NCBI GenBank assembly: GCA_965217585.1
Contig: OZ244561.1
Span: 1,137,424-1,201,423, forward strand
Length of the DNA: 64,000 nt
Reading direction: 5' to 3'
Origin: Candidatus Latescibacterota bacterium
Lineage (GTDB): Bacteria > Latescibacterota > UBA2968 > UBA8231
Shown here piece after piece: positions 17,502 through 26,199 of the stretch. Made by a program: the position numbers and the translations under genes. Numbering within the stretch: the stretch's first letter is position 1; each line of letters starts with the position of its first letter. The notes under the pieces are model-generated. The model was not told the origin of the DNA and searched no databases. It worked only from the letters and a program-made list of their open reading frames with translations.

Positions 17502-19804
17502 GAATTTTTCCGGTCGATGGCAATTAGCAGCGTTGGAAGGAGTAAAAAGTCGGCGACAAGCGCGAAGAGGATCGTGATCGTGACCAAAAGACCGAGTGCC
17601 CAGCTCACCTCAAATCCCGAGGTGGCGAACACCAGAAAGCCGGCCGACAAGACCGCGGTCGTCGTCCATAACGCATGACCCACCGTGTGGAAGGCGGAGC
17701 GCACGGCCTCGGGAGCTGGCAGGCCCTCGCGGCGGGCCTTCAGATATTTGCTCAAAAAATGAATCGTATCGTCCACGACAATCCCGAAGACAACGGCGAT
17801 GACTACGGAAGAGGCAATGCCCACGTGGCCGACGAGATAGCCCCACAGGCCGAAGCTCATAATGGCAGGAATGAAATTGGGCAGCAGACTGAGAAGCCCG
17901 ATCCGCACGCTCTTGAAAATCCAAATAAGAACGAACGAAATGAGCGCCATGGCCAAGATCGTACCGCGCAACATGCTGTTGATATTTCGCAACGACAGGT
18001 GGGCAAAGACGACACTCAGGCCCGATCCTTCGTGCGCAAAAGTGGGTACATTGGCTCGGAGCCAGACCTGGGCGCGCTTATCGAGTTCACGTATATCTCG
18101 CGACCACGCATTCTTGGTCACGACGACTAGGCGCGTAGCGGATTTGGCGACATCAATGCGGTCGTTGAGATCGCTACCGAACGGAAGCGAAAGCTCGTAG
18201 AGCAACAGGTACTGCGCTGCGAGGTCCGGGTCTTCGGGCAGGCGATAGAAGGCTGGATCGTCGCCGTGCATGTTTTTGTTGAGACGTTTCATAATGTCCG
18301 AAAACGCCTGCACATGGGTCACTTCGGGCTGCTGTCGGTACCATTCGGCGAACGCATCGACCTTGCGCAAATAGTCGGGATCGGTGATGCCGCCTTCGCG
18401 CCCTGCACTCAGCGAATATTCCAGCTTGTCTAGGCCGGTCAGGTTATCAATGACATAATCCGTATCGCGCCGGAACTGGTACCGTTCATCAAAGTACTGC
18501 GCCATGTTGTCGCTTAGCTCAATGCGGGGAATGCCGAGTATCAGCACAACAACCACCAAGGTGACGGAGCCAAGCAGGAATGTACTCCGAGCGATGACAA
18601 AGTCGGCAAAGCGGTCGAAGAAGGCAGTCCCCTCAGACTGAACACGGCGCGTGCGCAATGGCAGAATCGAAAGCAATGCCGGTAGGAGCGTCATGGTATA
18701 TATGAGCGCACATAATACCCCAAACGCCACGTAGTTACCCAAGACGTGAAAAGGTGGCGAATCCGAGGCATTCAGGCTGAGGAATCCAATCGCCGTGGTG
18801 ACCGAGGTGATAAATACCGGATAGGCATTGATGCGGATCGATTCGACAATCGCCGCATTTCGGTCCAGACCACGCCTCATACCTAGTAAAACACTCGTGA
18901 CGATGTGGATTGAATCCGCGATGGCTATCACCATGACAATAATCGGCACGCCGGCGTTGGTCGGGCTGAACACCACGCCGTTCCAGCCGGCGAATCCCAT
19001 AGTGGTATTGATGACAAACACGAGTACGGCGACGATGGCCACAGTGCTGAGAACCGAGCGCAGGAGAATAATTGTGACACTTACAATGATGAGAAATACA
19101 ATAGGTGTCAGGGTCTCCATGTCGTTCTGGGTGGCATCGGAGAAAGTCCGGTTCATGACGACATCGCCGGTCATGTAATAATTGATTCCCGGGTGGTCCG
19201 CGCGGGCTTGCTCCAGAAGCGAATTGAGATAATCGGTAATTTCGACCACGGCCTGATCTGGATTTTCAGGCAGGATGAAATTGATCGCCACTCCGGTCGT
19301 GCGTCCGTCATGGGCGACCAGACGCCCGGCAATTGCAGCCGCATCCAACGCGATCCCCTCAATTCGGGCCACGTCGGCATCGCTCAGTGCATGCGCGTCC
19401 TCGACGAGCGGGGCGACAATGAGTTCATCCTCAAGTGCTTCGCTATGGGTATAGTTAGTAAGGGAGTTGACCCGACTGGAATAAGGCACGCGCCACGCAG
19501 CTTCGGTCAGCTCTTCAACCGCGCCAAGCGCCTCGCGGGTGAACACCGAACCCTCGCGCGGCGCAATGGCAATCAGGGCCGTATTGGAGACAGAGTACGT
19601 GTTCTCTAAGGCGTTGAAAGCGGCGAGTTGCGGATTGTCCTCGCTAAACAGAACGCGGTAATCGTTGGTAACGGTGATGAAGCGAACACCAGCCGTCGTA
19701 GCCAGCATGACCAGCGTTGCGAGCGCAACAACCAGCCACCGACGGCGCAAAATGGCGGCAATGTAGGTGTCCAAGCGCAAAAGAGTCGTCCCCTCGACCG
19801 TCAC
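17498..19804 (-). CDS. RND superfamily / MMPL (HpnN-like) transporter
   Basis: 768 aa with two 6-TM bundles, each preceded by a large loop. Typical RND/SSD organisation. Confidence 0.9.
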   Translation of the reverse strand: MTVEGTTLLRLDTYIAAILRRRWLVVALATLVMLATTAGVRFITVTNDYRVLFSEDNPQLAAFNALENTYSVSNTALIAIAPREGSVFTREALGAVEELTEAAWRVPYSSRVNSLTNYTHSEALEDELIVAPLVEDAHALSDADVARIEGIALDAAAIAGRLVAHDGRTTGVAINFILPENPDQAVVEITDYLNSLLEQARADHPGINYYMTGDVVMNRTFSDATQNDMETLTPIVFLIIVSVTIILLRSVLSTVAIVAVLVFVINTTMGFAGWNGVVFSPTNAGVPIIVMVIAIADSIHIVTSVLLGMRRGLDRNAAIVESIRINAYPVFITSVTTAIGFLSLNASDSPPFHVLGNYVAFGVLCALIYTMTLLPALLSILPLRTRRVQSEGTAFFDRFADFVIARSTFLLGSVTLVVVVLILGIPRIELSDNMAQYFDERYQFRRDTDYVIDNLTGLDKLEYSLSAGREGGITDPDYLRKVDAFAEWYRQQPEVTHVQAFSDIMKRLNKNMHGDDPAFYRLPEDPDLAAQYLLLYELSLPFGSDLNDRIDVAKSATRLVVVTKNAWSRDIRELDKRAQVWLRANVPTFAHEGSGLSVVFAHLSLRNINSMLRGTILAMALISFVLIWIFKSVRIGLLSLLPNFIPAIMSFGLWGYLVGHVGIASSVVIAVVFGIVVDDTIHFLSKYLKARREGLPAPEAVRSAFHTVGHALWTTTAVLSAGFLVFATSGFEVSWALGLLVTITILFALVADFLLLPTLLIAIDRKNS

Positions 19805-19908
19805 CGGCTGGGTGCGGTGATGAGGTCACCGACTCGAAGTTCCACCTGGACGATTCCCTCGCTTCCTGTTAGCGGACGGAGGAGGGCACACCACGGCGCG
19901 AGCATCGC

Positions 19909-21060
19909 TCACCAAGAGCTGGATTTTGATGTATGGACGTGGTCGGGCATCTTGTAACTCACTCCATCCTCGTCGTACACCGAGATGTCGAGAAGCTGAG
20001 AAAAATTTTCTGATCTGAGCACCTGTTTGGCCTTTAGAAGCCTCAGGAAGCGTTGTTTCCATCGGTAACTAAACAGTGTTCCCGCAGCAAAGGACTTTGG
20101 AAACTCGAACTGGTCAGCGAGTTCGTTTCCTATGAGGGCGCGCGAAAGGCGGTAGGCCAGAGTTGTCAATTTTTTCTGTTCAACAGGATCTGTTACATCC
20201 GCAACTGTCGGAATGGCCTGGATCAACATATTCGCCACGGTTACCGATTCGGGCGACGCCGGCGGCTCGCACATATAGGCGATCTTGTAAATTTTTTCCG
20301 CATCTTCTGCGTTGGTATAGAGGATGGTCTCAGGTATCCCCATGAGATAGCCGCTGTAGCGCCAAACACTGAGAACACTCGCTTTTTCTTCCTCGTTGAA
20401 ATTCGCGCCCACCAACATCGAGTAGTTCAACAGGCGCTTGGAGAAGACGGAGATGGCAAAACCAAGGTGCGCCGAGCTTATCGGTATGCCCCAAGCATCG
20501 TGATCCCAATCGTCGGATTTCGCCAGCAGGGTCCTCATTTGACTATGGACGAAGCGAATGCGCGTGGATAGCCTGTACCCATCGCCATCTCTCCGCAAGC
20601 CGCCGGGGTAAAAAATATCCATCATGTGGCGGTTATTCTGCTGGAGGCGCCTTTTGGTTGACGCTACCCGCCCGGTAATATTGAACGACTTGGCGATAAG
20701 CGTCGAAAAGCCTTCCACCAACACCCCTGTAACGAATGCGACGAGCATGAGGTCTACGTTTGCGTGGAAGGCGCGTCTCCCCGGACGAAAGGCTTCGTAG
20801 TCGAGCCAAGGAGGCTCTGCAAGATTTTTGAAGAAATCGCGCAGGGCCTGCGGCACCTGGCGCAGAACCTCATCCTGTTGCTCTATGCCAGCCCCGATGA
20901 AGCGGTGCAGGTCCTCACTCGGCAACGAGGAGAGTTCCTCCATCACCGGATCCAGCTCTGGGTCGCCAATGGAGATATGCCTAGCATAGTTGTCGGCCGC
21001 TTCTTGGTCGTAGAGGCGGGCCTGCTCATAACCCTCGGTGTATGCTGAAGGTAGTTTCAT
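19909..21060 (-). CDS. MpaB/DUF2236-family oxygenase-like protein
   Basis: The segment ...RLSTRIRFVHSQMRTLL...WGIPISSAHLGFAI... resembles DUF2236. ATG 21060 is preceded by a GGAG RBS. The longer track ORF start lacks an RBS. Confidence 0.65.
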   Translation of the reverse strand: MKLPSAYTEGYEQARLYDQEAADNYARHISIGDPELDPVMEELSSLPSEDLHRFIGAGIEQQDEVLRQVPQALRDFFKNLAEPPWLDYEAFRPGRRAFHANVDLMLVAFVTGVLVEGFSTLIAKSFNITGRVASTKRRLQQNNRHMMDIFYPGGLRRDGDGYRLSTRIRFVHSQMRTLLAKSDDWDHDAWGIPISSAHLGFAISVFSKRLLNYSMLVGANFNEEEKASVLSVWRYSGYLMGIPETILYTNAEDAEKIYKIAYMCEPPASPESVTVANMLIQAIPTVADVTDPVEQKKLTTLAYRLSRALIGNELADQFEFPKSFAAGTLFSYRWKQRFLRLLKAKQVLRSENFSQLLDISVYDEDGVSYKMPDHVHTSKSSSW

Positions 21061-21098
21061 TTTCGATCTCCTCTTTGGGTAGTGGTTGCGTTTGAAAT

Positions 21099-21464
21099 TT
21101 ATGGTCGAAGCTGGTGCTGGTGGGAGACGGCGACTTTTCCTGCACTTGGGAGCCATGCGCCAACCGCCAAGGAGTACGAACCCGTCGTCGAAGAAGAAAG
21201 TCCTCTCACTTTCACGTAGTACGTCCCGGCTTCTACGCGAGCTTCGACGAAGAAGCCAGGGGCGTTGTATAGGCCGTCGTCATTTTCTGAGAGCACTTGG
21301 CCGACGGATTGGGGTTGGCCGGCCACGCACTTATAGGTCGCGCCGTTGATCTCAACGGTTTCCCACGGGCCAGCCTCCTCGTCAAAAGCAGCTTAGGCCG
21401 TGGGCTTGTCTTGCGAGCAGGACAAGACAGAAAGTAGAGGGAGGACTACGGCGAGACGGAGCAT
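21099..21464 (-). pseudogene. Small lipoprotein with a PPC-like domain, interrupted by an in-frame TAA
   Basis: ATG 21464 gives MLRLAVVLPLLSVLSCSQDKPTA (signal peptide plus lipobox). An in-frame TAA follows at 21393-21395. The same frame then continues AAFDEEAGPWETVEINGATYKC...GTYYVKVRGLSSSTTGSYSLAV. Confidence 0.5.
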
Positions 21465-21703
21465 GGCGCATCTCCTCGAAAAAGGTGGACAAAAGGCCCC
21501 CGAAGGGGCCGGGCCTTGTCCACGTATGCGCAGAAAGATGCGACACGTTCTACTTATTCACCGAGGCGGAAGGGAGCTACCCTTCGCCGGGTCTGGGCTG
21601 TTGTATTTAGCAGAAGACCCGACGTAAGTCGGGATTCTACGCATACATGGACGCCCATAGGATACGTTATAAGAGAGCCGCCGGTCAAGCAAAGAGCAAA
21701 ATC

Positions 21704-21724
21704 GGTAGTGGTCTATTTTGAAAT
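21704..21724. repeat. Left arm of a perfect 21-bp inverted repeat
   Basis: The sequence ggtagtggtctattttgaaat is the exact reverse complement of 22087..22107. Confidence 0.9.
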
Positions 21725-21794
21725 CTTGCGGTAGGTCTTGGGACGGCACGGCTTGGGTATCGCGTTATCCAGGTGTACCGCCAAGCGTGAAAAC

Positions 21795-21992
21795 ATGAAC
21801 ATATTTGCCGCGTTATTGCTTGGGGCGGTTGTACTGTTGGTATGCGCTTGGATCTGCCACGAGACGGGCAAGAAAACGGCGGCTAAATGGCTGTTGGGCC
21901 TTGGGATCGGTGCGTTGTGGCTGTTGTGGGCCTTGGTTAAAGCGATCTTTGGGTGGATGAAAGACGCAGAGAAAAGACGCAGGAACGACTAG
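21795..21992 (+). CDS. Possible small two-TM membrane protein inside the IR-bounded segment
   Basis: 65 codons, MNIFAALLLGAVVLLVCAWI...LGLGIGALWLLWALV... No convincing RBS. Confidence 0.3.
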   Translation: MNIFAALLLGAVVLLVCAWICHETGKKTAAKWLLGLGIGALWLLWALVKAIFGWMKDAEKRRRND

Positions 21993-22086
21993 GGATCAGA
22001 CCTATACGCATGGCCGAGTTCGCCGCGATGAGGTCTTTGCTCTGTTGGTTGGGCGTATCTCAAAGATGAAGGCTAATGCGGCTTGA

Positions 22087-22107
22087 ATTTCAAAATAGAC
22101 CACTACC
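22087..22107. repeat. Right arm of a perfect 21-bp inverted repeat
   Basis: The sequence atttcaaaatagaccactacc is the exact reverse complement of 21704..21724. Confidence 0.9.
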
Positions 22108-22192
22108 CCTCTTTGGGAGTCAGCAATATACCAGCGTCCAACTTCAAAGCCACATTAATATACTATAATAAAGATTGTCAATTATCCTACTC

Positions 22193-23470
22193 TCACACGA
22201 ACTTCGGCCGGCCACAGCCGTCGTTGACCACGTAGCTGCGCGCTGGAATCGCCGCTTGCTCGGGAATGACTAAGTCGAGCGGCGAATCATTCTCAATGAC
22301 GGTACCGGCCCCCACGCGCACCCCGGCCCCCAACTTAATCGCTCCAGGCCGCACAGGACCCGCTATGATCGTGCCGATAGATACCGACACGCCGATCCGG
22401 CAATCCGGGCCGATCGCGACGATGCCGTTGATTTCGGAGTTGGCCCCAATCGCCGTGCGGTCGCCCACCTGCACCGGGCCGAAAAGCCCGGCATCCGTGC
22501 CGATAAACACGTAGTCGCCAATGGTGGGATGGCGCTGCTGCACCTTGCCGCTGAGGCCGCCCAAAGTACACGGGTACATGTGGCAGCCGCTGCCGATGAT
22601 ACCCGTCTGTCCAGTGGTTATGCCGCGATGGGGGTGGTCGAGGAAATTGGCATCGCCAATCTGCGTTTCGGGATGGATATCCGCCTGGTAGTAGCGCCCC
22701 CCCAACTCGGCAATGGCTCGCGGCAGCAAGGGCACCGGCCGCCGCTTCAGCCCGGATTCGCCTGCCACCGAGCCAGAGCGCGTTAGGGCGTGGGCAATGT
22801 CGTGGTAAAACAACACCCGCCAGCCCGGATAGGTGCTCATCACGAGCTGCATCTGGTAGTCGAAAATGAAGTCGCACTCCAGTGCGGCGAGGAAGCGGCG
22901 ATAGTGGTCGAAGTCGCGGCGGTGAATGGTCTCGTCCAAGGCGGCCCGGAAGTCGATCTTGAGCAGCCGCTCCTGGGTCAACCCGCAATTGTCGAGCAAA
23001 TAGGCGTCCCAAACGGCCGGATCCCTAAGCGCGGCAAAGCGGTTCCAGCGGGCGCGGACCTTGTAGGCGGGCAATTCCCACAGCAAACAGAAGGTATTCA
23101 TCAGAGCCTTCTCTTCAGCACCTTCGCTCTCGCCGGCCGCCGAAAGCGACTGCGCGATCATCGCGTAGAGCTGGTCGGCAATCTCGCCGATGGCCTCGTC
23201 GAGCGACGGGTTTTGGTGCCCCGGCCCCAAGGCATTGTGCGAACCAGGGGCGACACATTCGAGCAAGTTGCCCAAAACCGTCTCCAGCAGGTCGCGGTCG
23301 ACAAACCCGCGCCCGGAGCGCTGCGAGAGAATGTCCCGGTCCACCGCGTCGATGCGGAGCGCGGCGACCTCCTCCGAGGTGTAGATCGGCATCAGCCGCT
23401 CTAGCAGCCGCTCTAGCAACGCCCACTTGCGGCGTTGATACGCAGTGTCGAAAAGCGTGGAATTGTTCAT
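22193..23470 (-). CDS. Serine-O-acetyltransferase-like hexapeptide-repeat acyltransferase with a long N-terminal extension
   Basis: The C-terminal LbH region is DIHPETQIGDANFLDHPHRGITTGQTGIIGSGCHMYPCTLGG...RHPTIGDYVFIGTDAGLFGPVQVGDRTAIGANS. ATG 23470 is preceded by GGGGAG. Confidence 0.75.
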   Translation of the reverse strand: MNNSTLFDTAYQRRKWALLERLLERLMPIYTSEEVAALRIDAVDRDILSQRSGRGFVDRDLLETVLGNLLECVAPGSHNALGPGHQNPSLDEAIGEIADQLYAMIAQSLSAAGESEGAEEKALMNTFCLLWELPAYKVRARWNRFAALRDPAVWDAYLLDNCGLTQERLLKIDFRAALDETIHRRDFDHYRRFLAALECDFIFDYQMQLVMSTYPGWRVLFYHDIAHALTRSGSVAGESGLKRRPVPLLPRAIAELGGRYYQADIHPETQIGDANFLDHPHRGITTGQTGIIGSGCHMYPCTLGGLSGKVQQRHPTIGDYVFIGTDAGLFGPVQVGDRTAIGANSEINGIVAIGPDCRIGVSVSIGTIIAGPVRPGAIKLGAGVRVGAGTVIENDSPLDLVIPEQAAIPARSYVVNDGCGRPKFV

Positions 23471-23564
23471 CGTTTGCTCCCCATTCTTCCTCCTCATAAC
23501 TTTTAACAAAAATTACGGAACGCACGCCGGGTTGCAACCCGGCTCACCCCCGCAGGGAGAAATC

Positions 23565-24350
23565 ATGCATCCATTTGAATCACTGGTAGTACGCGAAGGT
23601 GCCATTGGCATCCACTGGTTTGGCCAGAGCACGTTTGGCCTCAAGGACGCGCAGGGGACCATCGTCCAAGTCGATCCCTACTATCCCCACGAGCGGCCAG
23701 CCGACCGCTTCATCCACGCCCGCCCCCCGCTCCACGAGGCGTCGCTACACACGGATTTCGTGCTCCTGACCCACGACCACGGCGACCACACGTGCGTGGA
23801 GTCCATTGCGCGCATTGCCGCTGCCTATCCAGCCGTGCAGATCGTCGGCCCGGCGGAGAGCATCCAGCGCGTCCGCAGCGCGGGCATTACTGCCGCCGCA
23901 ACCACAGTTGCCGCTGGTGACGCAGCCAAACTGGGCACCATGACGGCCCACGCGGTGTACGCCAAACCCCCGGAGGGCCTGCCCAGCGACGACATCGCTC
24001 CGCCCGATGTGACCCACCTCGGCTACGTGGTAGAGACCAGCAGCGTGCGCGTATACATCTCCGGCGATCCAGTCAACACTTTTGCCGAGCACGAAGAATT
24101 ACTCGCGCCCATCCGCGACCTCGGGCCCGACATCGGGCTGTTGACCAATCACCCCAGCGAAGGGGAATTCCCCTTCTTTGCTGGCTCGTCCAAGATGGCC
24201 TCGGTGCTCGGCCTCAAGGCCGCCGTACCGGCCCATTACGCCTGCTTTGTCAGCCGAAATTACGATCCCCAAGAATGGGCCGCCGTGCTCGATGGGGTCG
24301 AGCCGCTGATCATCCCGTACAATCAGTCCGCGGTCTATGCGGCCCGCTAG
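23565..24350 (+). CDS. MBL-fold metallo-hydrolase
   Basis: Motif VLLTHDHGDH. ATG 23565 is preceded by GGGAGA. The longer track ORF overlaps the divergent gene. Confidence 0.8.
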   Translation: MHPFESLVVREGAIGIHWFGQSTFGLKDAQGTIVQVDPYYPHERPADRFIHARPPLHEASLHTDFVLLTHDHGDHTCVESIARIAAAYPAVQIVGPAESIQRVRSAGITAAATTVAAGDAAKLGTMTAHAVYAKPPEGLPSDDIAPPDVTHLGYVVETSSVRVYISGDPVNTFAEHEELLAPIRDLGPDIGLLTNHPSEGEFPFFAGSSKMASVLGLKAAVPAHYACFVSRNYDPQEWAAVLDGVEPLIIPYNQSAVYAAR

Positions 24351-24460
24351 TGCACCGGGGGTAGGCGTGTTGATTTTATTACCCTCGTTTATTATTATGG
24401 CATTTCAATCAACGCGCCGGAGATTTCTGGCGTTCACTTCAAACGCAAGGAGTTAAGAAC

Positions 24461-25408
24461 ATGCGGCGATTCACAATCGCAGGCATTTTCGGCCTCGCCC
24501 TCGTAGGGGTGGCGAATGCCCAGTTTTTCGATCCGCCCGCTCTGGAGGATCGCAATGGCAGTCAGGGATTTTGGTTTTACATGCTCGAAGTCCCCGATCC
24601 CGGTGCTATCACCATCGACGGGCATAGCGACGACTGGGGTTGGTTCGACCCCGAATACACCTTGACCATGGACGAGTGGCGCGACGAAGGCGACCGCCCG
24701 GCCCCAGACCGCGACGACCTGTTCATCACCACCTTCATGGGCTGGAAGGGCGGCGACGACAACCGCTGGTACTGCTTCTTGGAAGCGGTTGACGACGTGC
24801 TAGCGCACGCCGGCACGAACATCGCCCGTTGGGACGGCGACATGCTACAGGTCGGCCTCGATCCGCAGGATCACGGGCGCGAGCGCAGCCCGGCTTCGGG
24901 TTACACCATGGAGTGGCTGATGGCACCGGGCGACCTCAGTCCGCCGACCAACGTCGCTTTCCGCTATACCGAGCAAGAGGCGTGGGCCGAGTACGGCGAA
25001 TCGCCGTGGATCGAAATGGCCGTGCGCGTCGATCCGCCCGAAGCTTGGGCCGCCGACCTGTGGGCCGAGGGCGGCACCACGTACTACGAGTGGAGCGTCA
25101 AGGTCCTCGCCTTCCAAGATGATACAGGTCCGTCGGCGAGCGAGGTGTGGCAGCTAGACACAGTGGCCGGTGAAGATGGCGCGGGCATGCCTTTCGCCTT
25201 TTGGTACGAAGACGGCGAAGGCCCGGATTCGAGCTTCTCGCCCAGCGAAGACGGCACCCCGGGTGGCCGCAACGACTGGACCACCCGCGGCCCCGAAGCC
25301 TCGGCGCGGCAGTACTACTCCATTGCCAAGCTGCTGCGCGTCGGCGAGTACGCCGCCGCCACAGCAGTCGAGTCATCGACTTGGGGCAAGATCAAGAACT
25401 CGTTCTAA
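24461..25408 (+). CDS. Secreted CBM9/DOMON-like protein
   Basis: Signal peptide MRRFTIAGIFGLALVGVANAQ. Motif ITIDGHSDDWGWF. RBS AAGGAG. Confidence 0.7.
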   Translation: MRRFTIAGIFGLALVGVANAQFFDPPALEDRNGSQGFWFYMLEVPDPGAITIDGHSDDWGWFDPEYTLTMDEWRDEGDRPAPDRDDLFITTFMGWKGGDDNRWYCFLEAVDDVLAHAGTNIARWDGDMLQVGLDPQDHGRERSPASGYTMEWLMAPGDLSPPTNVAFRYTEQEAWAEYGESPWIEMAVRVDPPEAWAADLWAEGGTTYYEWSVKVLAFQDDTGPSASEVWQLDTVAGEDGAGMPFAFWYEDGEGPDSSFSPSEDGTPGGRNDWTTRGPEASARQYYSIAKLLRVGEYAAATAVESSTWGKIKNSF

Positions 25409-25435
25409 ACGCAAGGCGACCGATCGGTCGTAATC

Positions 25436-25472
25436 GTAGGGGCGACCGGTCGGTCGCCCCTACGTTATTTTT
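25436..25472 (+). terminator. GC-rich hairpin (12-bp stem, 4-nt loop) plus T-run; member of a REP-like palindrome family
   Basis: The palindrome gtaggggcgacc-ggtc-ggtcgcccctac is followed by gttattttt, 28 nt after the stop of 24461..25408. Confidence 0.7.
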
Positions 25473-25485
25473 AGGGGGTTGCACC

Positions 25486-26199
25486 GTGTACAAACGGCTC
25501 TGGGCTTGGTTCGTACTGCTAATCCTGCTGCTGGGGGCTTGCGGCCGCTACTTTCACACGCCGCTCCAGCCTGCCAGCCGCCAAGCCGAGGGCATGACCG
25601 TCAACGACGACGGCTCCATCACCTACGCCCTCGACCGCCTGTCGATCAACCTCAAGCCCATGACGGACGAGGAATTAAACCGCCTCGCTCCTGGGCGAGA
25701 TCTGTCTAACAATCCCTATACCTTTGGCGAATGGACCGCCGCGGGCGACGAGTGGACGCCGCCGCGGTTTACCATTTTTCGGCTCAAGGTCAGCAACTAT
25801 CAATATCCCAAGGTCAAACTCGACCCGCTCAACGCGCGCATTACCACGGCCAACACCCGGCAGTACGAGGTACTCAGCTACGCCGAATTATACCAGTATT
25901 TTCGCTCGTATTGGCTAGGCCGCACGGGCCAAGGGCGCAAAACCTTTCAAGCTCGCACGGACGCGCTCAAGCGGACGCTGTACAGCGGGGCCTTGATCTT
26001 CAGCGGCAGCGAAGAACAGGGGTACTTGGTATTTCCCGTGCTCGACGACGATGTCCGGGCGATCCAAGTATACATAGAAAACATCATCTTGCGCTTCGAC
26101 TATGCAGACGCCCCCGTAGAGGCGATTGACCTGAGCTTCTCCTTCCAGCGCGACATCCTGCAAGGGTATGACCCCTCGGCCGCGGTGCGGCTCAACTGA
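25486..26199 (+). CDS. Lipoprotein, first gene of the discoidin/OM operon
   Basis: GTG 25486 lies 8 nt after GGGGG. The N-terminus VYKRLWAWFVLLILLLGAC has a lipobox (LLGAC). The stop overlaps the next ATG (TGATG). Confidence 0.7.
   Translation: MYKRLWAWFVLLILLLGACGRYFHTPLQPASRQAEGMTVNDDGSITYALDRLSINLKPMTDEELNRLAPGRDLSNNPYTFGEWTAAGDEWTPPRFTIFRLKVSNYQYPKVKLDPLNARITTANTRQYEVLSYAELYQYFRSYWLGRTGQGRKTFQARTDALKRTLYSGALIFSGSEEQGYLVFPVLDDDVRAIQVYIENIILRFDYADAPVEAIDLSFSFQRDILQGYDPSAAVRLN

Noticed and set aside
25370-25408. The C-terminal ...SSTWGKIKNSF of the secreted CBM9-like protein as a possible sorting signal.
   Set aside because: There is only a single instance in the window, so I cannot distinguish a motif from chance.
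25201-25485. Upstream extension of the lipoprotein ORF (track start 25201).
   Set aside because: It overlaps the 3' end of the previous gene and reads straight through the terminator/REP palindrome (…RGDRSVAPT…). GTG 25486 gives a proper lipoprotein signal.
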